DNA of 64,000 nucleotides from Gammaproteobacteria bacterium (GTDB lineage Bacteria; Pseudomonadota; Gammaproteobacteria; JABCZS01): NCBI GenBank assembly GCA_021773275.1, contig JAJFKJ010000053.1, positions 63,421 to 127,420 of the forward strand, read 5' to 3'. Shown piece by piece: positions 60,860 to 64,000 of this stretch (position 1 is its first letter; each line of letters starts with the position of its first letter). The notes under the pieces were generated by a model. It saw only the letters and a program-made list of their open reading frames with translations, ran no database searches and was not told where the DNA came from. The position numbers and the translations under genes were made by a program.

Positions 60860-62119
60860 TTGTTCGATCGCCCAAAAACAGGTGAACGCGCTCTATGCGT
60901 TCATTGCCAGTTCTCGCACGCCGAAGATAATGAAGATTTAAGCGAATTCGAAACTTTAGCTATATCTGCAGGCGCGCAGTTGCTTAGTACAGTGACGACT
61001 AAACGTAATAAGCCCGACCCCAAATATTTTATTGGTAGTGGTAAAGCAGAAGAAATAAGAGAAATTGTGGAAGCCGAGGATATCGAGCTTGTGCTCGTAA
61101 ACCATACTTTAAGCCCCTCGCAGGAACGCAACCTTGAACGCTTACTGAAAGCCAGGGTTTGTGATCGTACCGGTTTAATTTTGGATATTTTCGCTGCCAG
61201 GGCGCGCACCTTTGAAGGGCAGCTACAGGTAGAGCTGGCGCAATTAGATCATCTTTCGACTCGTCTCGTGCGTGGGTGGACGCATTTAGAACGGCAAAAA
61301 GGTGGTATAGGTTTGCGCGGCCCAGGGGAAACGCAGCTTGAAACTGACCGTCGTTTACTACGCGATCGCATTAAAATGCTGCAAGGCCGTTTAGAAAAAG
61401 TACGTAAGCAGCGCGCGCTGTCACGCAAGGCACGACAAAAAAATGCTTTATTTACAATCTCATTGGTGGGTTATACCAATGCCGGCAAGTCAACCTTGTT
61501 TAACCGTCTTGCCGAAGAAAAGATATATGTTGCAGATCAGCTGTTTGCCACCCTTGACCCGACTTCCCGCAAAATTCATTTGCAGGGCGTGGGCGAAGTT
61601 CTTCTTACGGATACAGTAGGGTTTATTCGGCATCTTCCACATCAGGTAGTAGAAGCATTTCGTGCAACATTAGAAGAAACCCAAAATGCTGATTTATTAT
61701 TACATGTGGTTGATGCTAGCGATCCGCAACGTCAAGAGAAAGCTGAACAAGTACAAGCCGTGCTCAAAGAAATTAATGCTGAAAATATTTCACAAATAGA
61801 AATATTCAATAAGATAGATTGCCTGGAAACGCCTTACGATTTAACGCAGAGCAACGCGCAAGATATGATCACCCGCTTGGGCATTTCAGCACAAACAGGC
61901 GAAGGCATAGAGCAGCTAGCAAAAGCAGTAGCGAGCCACATTCGCGAGCAGATTGTAGAAACGACAATTAATTTAACACCAGCCCAAGGGCGTATTCGCG
62001 CTTTGCTATACGAGCATGACGCTGTTGTTAAAGAACGTGAATTGGAAGAAGGTGGCTGGGCTTTGGATGTCAGCATTCGAAAAGCAATATTGAGGTTTAT
62101 CATACCTGGATATAGTTAG
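60860..62119 (+). CDS. hflX: GTPase HflX.
   Basis: TTG start with an AAGAGG RBS. G-motifs are present (GYTNAGKSTLFN, DTVGF, NKID) and it is collinear with E. coli HflX. Confidence 0.9.
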   Translation: MFDRPKTGERALCVHCQFSHAEDNEDLSEFETLAISAGAQLLSTVTTKRNKPDPKYFIGSGKAEEIREIVEAEDIELVLVNHTLSPSQERNLERLLKARVCDRTGLILDIFAARARTFEGQLQVELAQLDHLSTRLVRGWTHLERQKGGIGLRGPGETQLETDRRLLRDRIKMLQGRLEKVRKQRALSRKARQKNALFTISLVGYTNAGKSTLFNRLAEEKIYVADQLFATLDPTSRKIHLQGVGEVLLTDTVGFIRHLPHQVVEAFRATLEETQNADLLLHVVDASDPQRQEKAEQVQAVLKEINAENISQIEIFNKIDCLETPYDLTQSNAQDMITRLGISAQTGEGIEQLAKAVASHIREQIVETTINLTPAQGRIRALLYEHDAVVKERELEEGGWALDVSIRKAILRFIIPGYS

Positions 62120-62205
62120 CACACGGTCATAATGTTCATTACCGTTATTTTGTGATATGATTGCTTCGGCAAATGAGCTTAACAATAAAGCGATTGGGGG
62201 ATAAT

Positions 62206-63402
62206 ATGGCTTGGAATGAGCCCGGAAGCGGCAAAGATAAAGATCCATGGGCTGGTGGCAATGGCGGCAAAGGCCCAGGGCAGCAACCACCTGATCTTGA
62301 TAAACTTATTATCGATCTACAAAACAAATTTAAAAAGGTACTAGGCGGCAAAAATTTCGGTGGTGGTAATGGTCAAGCGCCGATGGGTACAGGCGGCGGC
62401 CGTTTCAGCATTGGTCTAATCGCTGCTGTAGTGGTAGCTATATATATTCTGTCTGGTATTTTTATTGTTAAACCTGCAGAGCGTGCTGCTGTAACACAGT
62501 TTGGTAAATTCGTGAAAGAGGTAGGCCCAGGTCCGCATTGGTTGCCACCCATTATTCGCGCTAAAAGAGTAGTGAATGTTGAGCAAGTGCACGCATCACG
62601 GCATCGTAACCGCATGCTCACCGAAGATGAAAATATTGTTTTTGTCGAAATAACGGTACAGTACAAAGTCGGCAACCTTGAAAACTATTTATATAATGTC
62701 GTTGACCCTGTTTACAGCTTGGAAGAAGCAACTGACAGTGCAGTGCGACAAGTTGTCGGTGTTTCTACACTAGATGAGATTTTGACCGAACAGCGTGCAA
62801 AAATCAGAGATGATATTCGTACGCAATTAGAACAAACGCTTATGCTTTATCGGACAGGCTTAATGATCACTGATGTTGCGATGCAGCCAGCACGCGCACC
62901 GGATGAAGTTAAAGAAGCCTTTGATGATGCGATTAAAGCGCAAGAAGATGAGCAACGGATGATCAACCAAGCTAATGCTTACCGCATGCGCATTATTCCG
63001 ACCGCACAAGGTCATGCTGAGCGTTTGCTAGCCGATGCACGAGCTTACGCGCGCAGTATTGAACTGAAAGCGGACGCTGATGTGGAACGCTTTGAGCTTA
63101 TTTTACCTGAATACAAAAAGGCACCGGGCGTAACGCGTCGTCGTATGTATCTTGATACGATGCAAGAAGTATTTAGCCACATCAACAAAGTTGTTGTTGA
63201 TAATGAGAGCGGTAATAATGTGTTTTATTTACCACTTGATCAAATTTTGAAAGAAACGAATAAAACAGCGGTCGTAGAGCCAGCACAAAGTTATTCGTCA
63301 TCTGCAGCAACACAAAGTAGTAGTGCAGCCACTAAGCAATATGGCAGCACAAACAGCAGAACAAACAATGACGCGCGTTCACGTGAACGCACGACACGTT
63401 AA
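62206..63402 (+). CDS. hflK: FtsH protease modulator HflK.
   Basis: MAWNEPGSGKDKDPWAGG is followed by an SPFH/band-7 domain, collinear with E. coli HflK. The start at 62206 is preferred over the upstream in-frame start. Confidence 0.9.
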   Translation: MAWNEPGSGKDKDPWAGGNGGKGPGQQPPDLDKLIIDLQNKFKKVLGGKNFGGGNGQAPMGTGGGRFSIGLIAAVVVAIYILSGIFIVKPAERAAVTQFGKFVKEVGPGPHWLPPIIRAKRVVNVEQVHASRHRNRMLTEDENIVFVEITVQYKVGNLENYLYNVVDPVYSLEEATDSAVRQVVGVSTLDEILTEQRAKIRDDIRTQLEQTLMLYRTGLMITDVAMQPARAPDEVKEAFDDAIKAQEDEQRMINQANAYRMRIIPTAQGHAERLLADARAYARSIELKADADVERFELILPEYKKAPGVTRRRMYLDTMQEVFSHINKVVVDNESGNNVFYLPLDQILKETNKTAVVEPAQSYSSSAATQSSSAATKQYGSTNSRTNNDARSRERTTR

Positions 63403-63411
63403 GGGGATAGC

Positions 63412-64000
63412 ATGAGAGTACTTTTATATATCGTTTTACCAATTGTGCTGATTGTTGGTTATTTTAGCGTTTACACAGTGTACCAAACAGAGCGTGCATT
63501 GGTGAGCGTATTGGGTAAGCTTAGCGGAGACATGGACGAGGCCAATGTTTATGGCCCAGGCTTGCACTTTAAAATACCTCTTGTGTCACAAGTCATTAAA
63601 TTGGATGCACGTTTGCAAACACTTGATATCAAAGATTCACGTATCGTGACTATTGAGAAAAAAGATGTGCTTGTAAATTCATTCGTTAAATGGCGTGTGC
63701 GTGACTTTTCGCGTTTCTACACAGCCACGGGTGGCTTTTACGCGCGCGCTGATGACCTACTCGAGCAAAAAGTATCGGATGGCTTGCGGGCGCAGTTTGG
63801 TCGTTCCACAATCAGCGAAGTAGTGACGGAAAATCGCGATACCATTATGAAAGAATTGAGCACGCAGATCGATGAAAGTGCGCATTCATTAGGTATTGAA
63901 GTAGTTGATGTGCGCATTAAACGTATCGACTTACCTGATGAAGTATCAAACTCAGTGTTTGAACGGATGCGCGCTGAACGTGAGCAAGTTGCTGCTGGGC
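63412..64000 (+). CDS. hflC: FtsH protease modulator HflC (3'-truncated at the window edge).
   Basis: It has an N-terminal TM helix, then ...GPGLHFKIPLVSQVIKLDARLQTLD, collinear with E. coli HflC. The ORF is open to the end of the window. Confidence 0.85.
   Translation, partial: MRVLLYIVLPIVLIVGYFSVYTVYQTERALVSVLGKLSGDMDEANVYGPGLHFKIPLVSQVIKLDARLQTLDIKDSRIVTIEKKDVLVNSFVKWRVRDFSRFYTATGGFYARADDLLEQKVSDGLRAQFGRSTISEVVTENRDTIMKELSTQIDESAHSLGIEVVDVRIKRIDLPDEVSNSVFERMRAEREQVAAG

Overview
This 64-kb window reads as chromosomal DNA from a gammaproteobacterium at roughly 40-42% GC. The gene content and synteny point, by inference only, to a Legionellales-like intracellular lineage.

Most of the window is conserved housekeeping blocks:
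- mutH, a DUF47 protein, pitA and a small secreted protein in one minus-strand operon
- an RRM RNA-binding protein, cca, an SDR gene and comF
- bioB-bioF-bioC-bioD
- a TAXI-family binding protein and an SNF transporter
- pyrE, xthA, rph, then yicC-gmk-rpoZ-spoT
- an MsbA-like ABC exporter, a Sel1-repeat protein and oxyR
- recG, then parE-parC
- a DUF1015 protein
- epmB, efp and epmA, then psd and orn
- the conserved run nnrD-tsaE-amiB-mutL-miaA-hfq-hflX-hflK-hflC

Lineage-specific orphan genes interrupt these blocks. They are often AT-rich and look like the secreted-effector repertoire of intracellular Legionellales:
- Two paralogous genes at the left edge share a conserved acidic C-terminal tail that resembles a Dot/Icm-type secretion signal.
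- A 392-aa orphan and a tandem-PAS protein sit next to a repeat-dense noncoding region.
- A 636-aa membrane protein has a TP-rich tail.
- A 1384-aa giant protein follows epmB.
- An islet between amiB and mutL carries a RelE/ParE-RHH toxin-antitoxin pair, two His/Arg-rich mini-ORFs and a 611-aa polytopic membrane protein.
- An islet between miaA and hfq carries a LuxR-type HTH gene that is divergent from two translationally coupled large unknown proteins (477 and 798 aa).

The most striking sequence-level signal is a family of mosaic palindromic repeat elements (REP/BIME-like). It is built from a 26-nt palindromic unit (consensus GTAGGGGTCGCAnnGnnTGCGACCCG), small hairpins and an inverted copy of the unit. 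There are at least six copies. One copy of about 140 bp sits in-frame inside mutL, where it adds about 45 residues to the interdomain linker. This is analogous to Rickettsia RPE insertions.

A second associated repeat family is a terminator-like double hairpin (CCCCCTTTTGTAAAGGGGGCAGCGAGCACCGCGAGCGGGGGATTTTATACTTGCAATAATC). It follows several genes.

I saw no rRNA genes, tRNA genes, CRISPR arrays or transposases. Family names are assigned from recognisable motifs in the translations, not from database searches.
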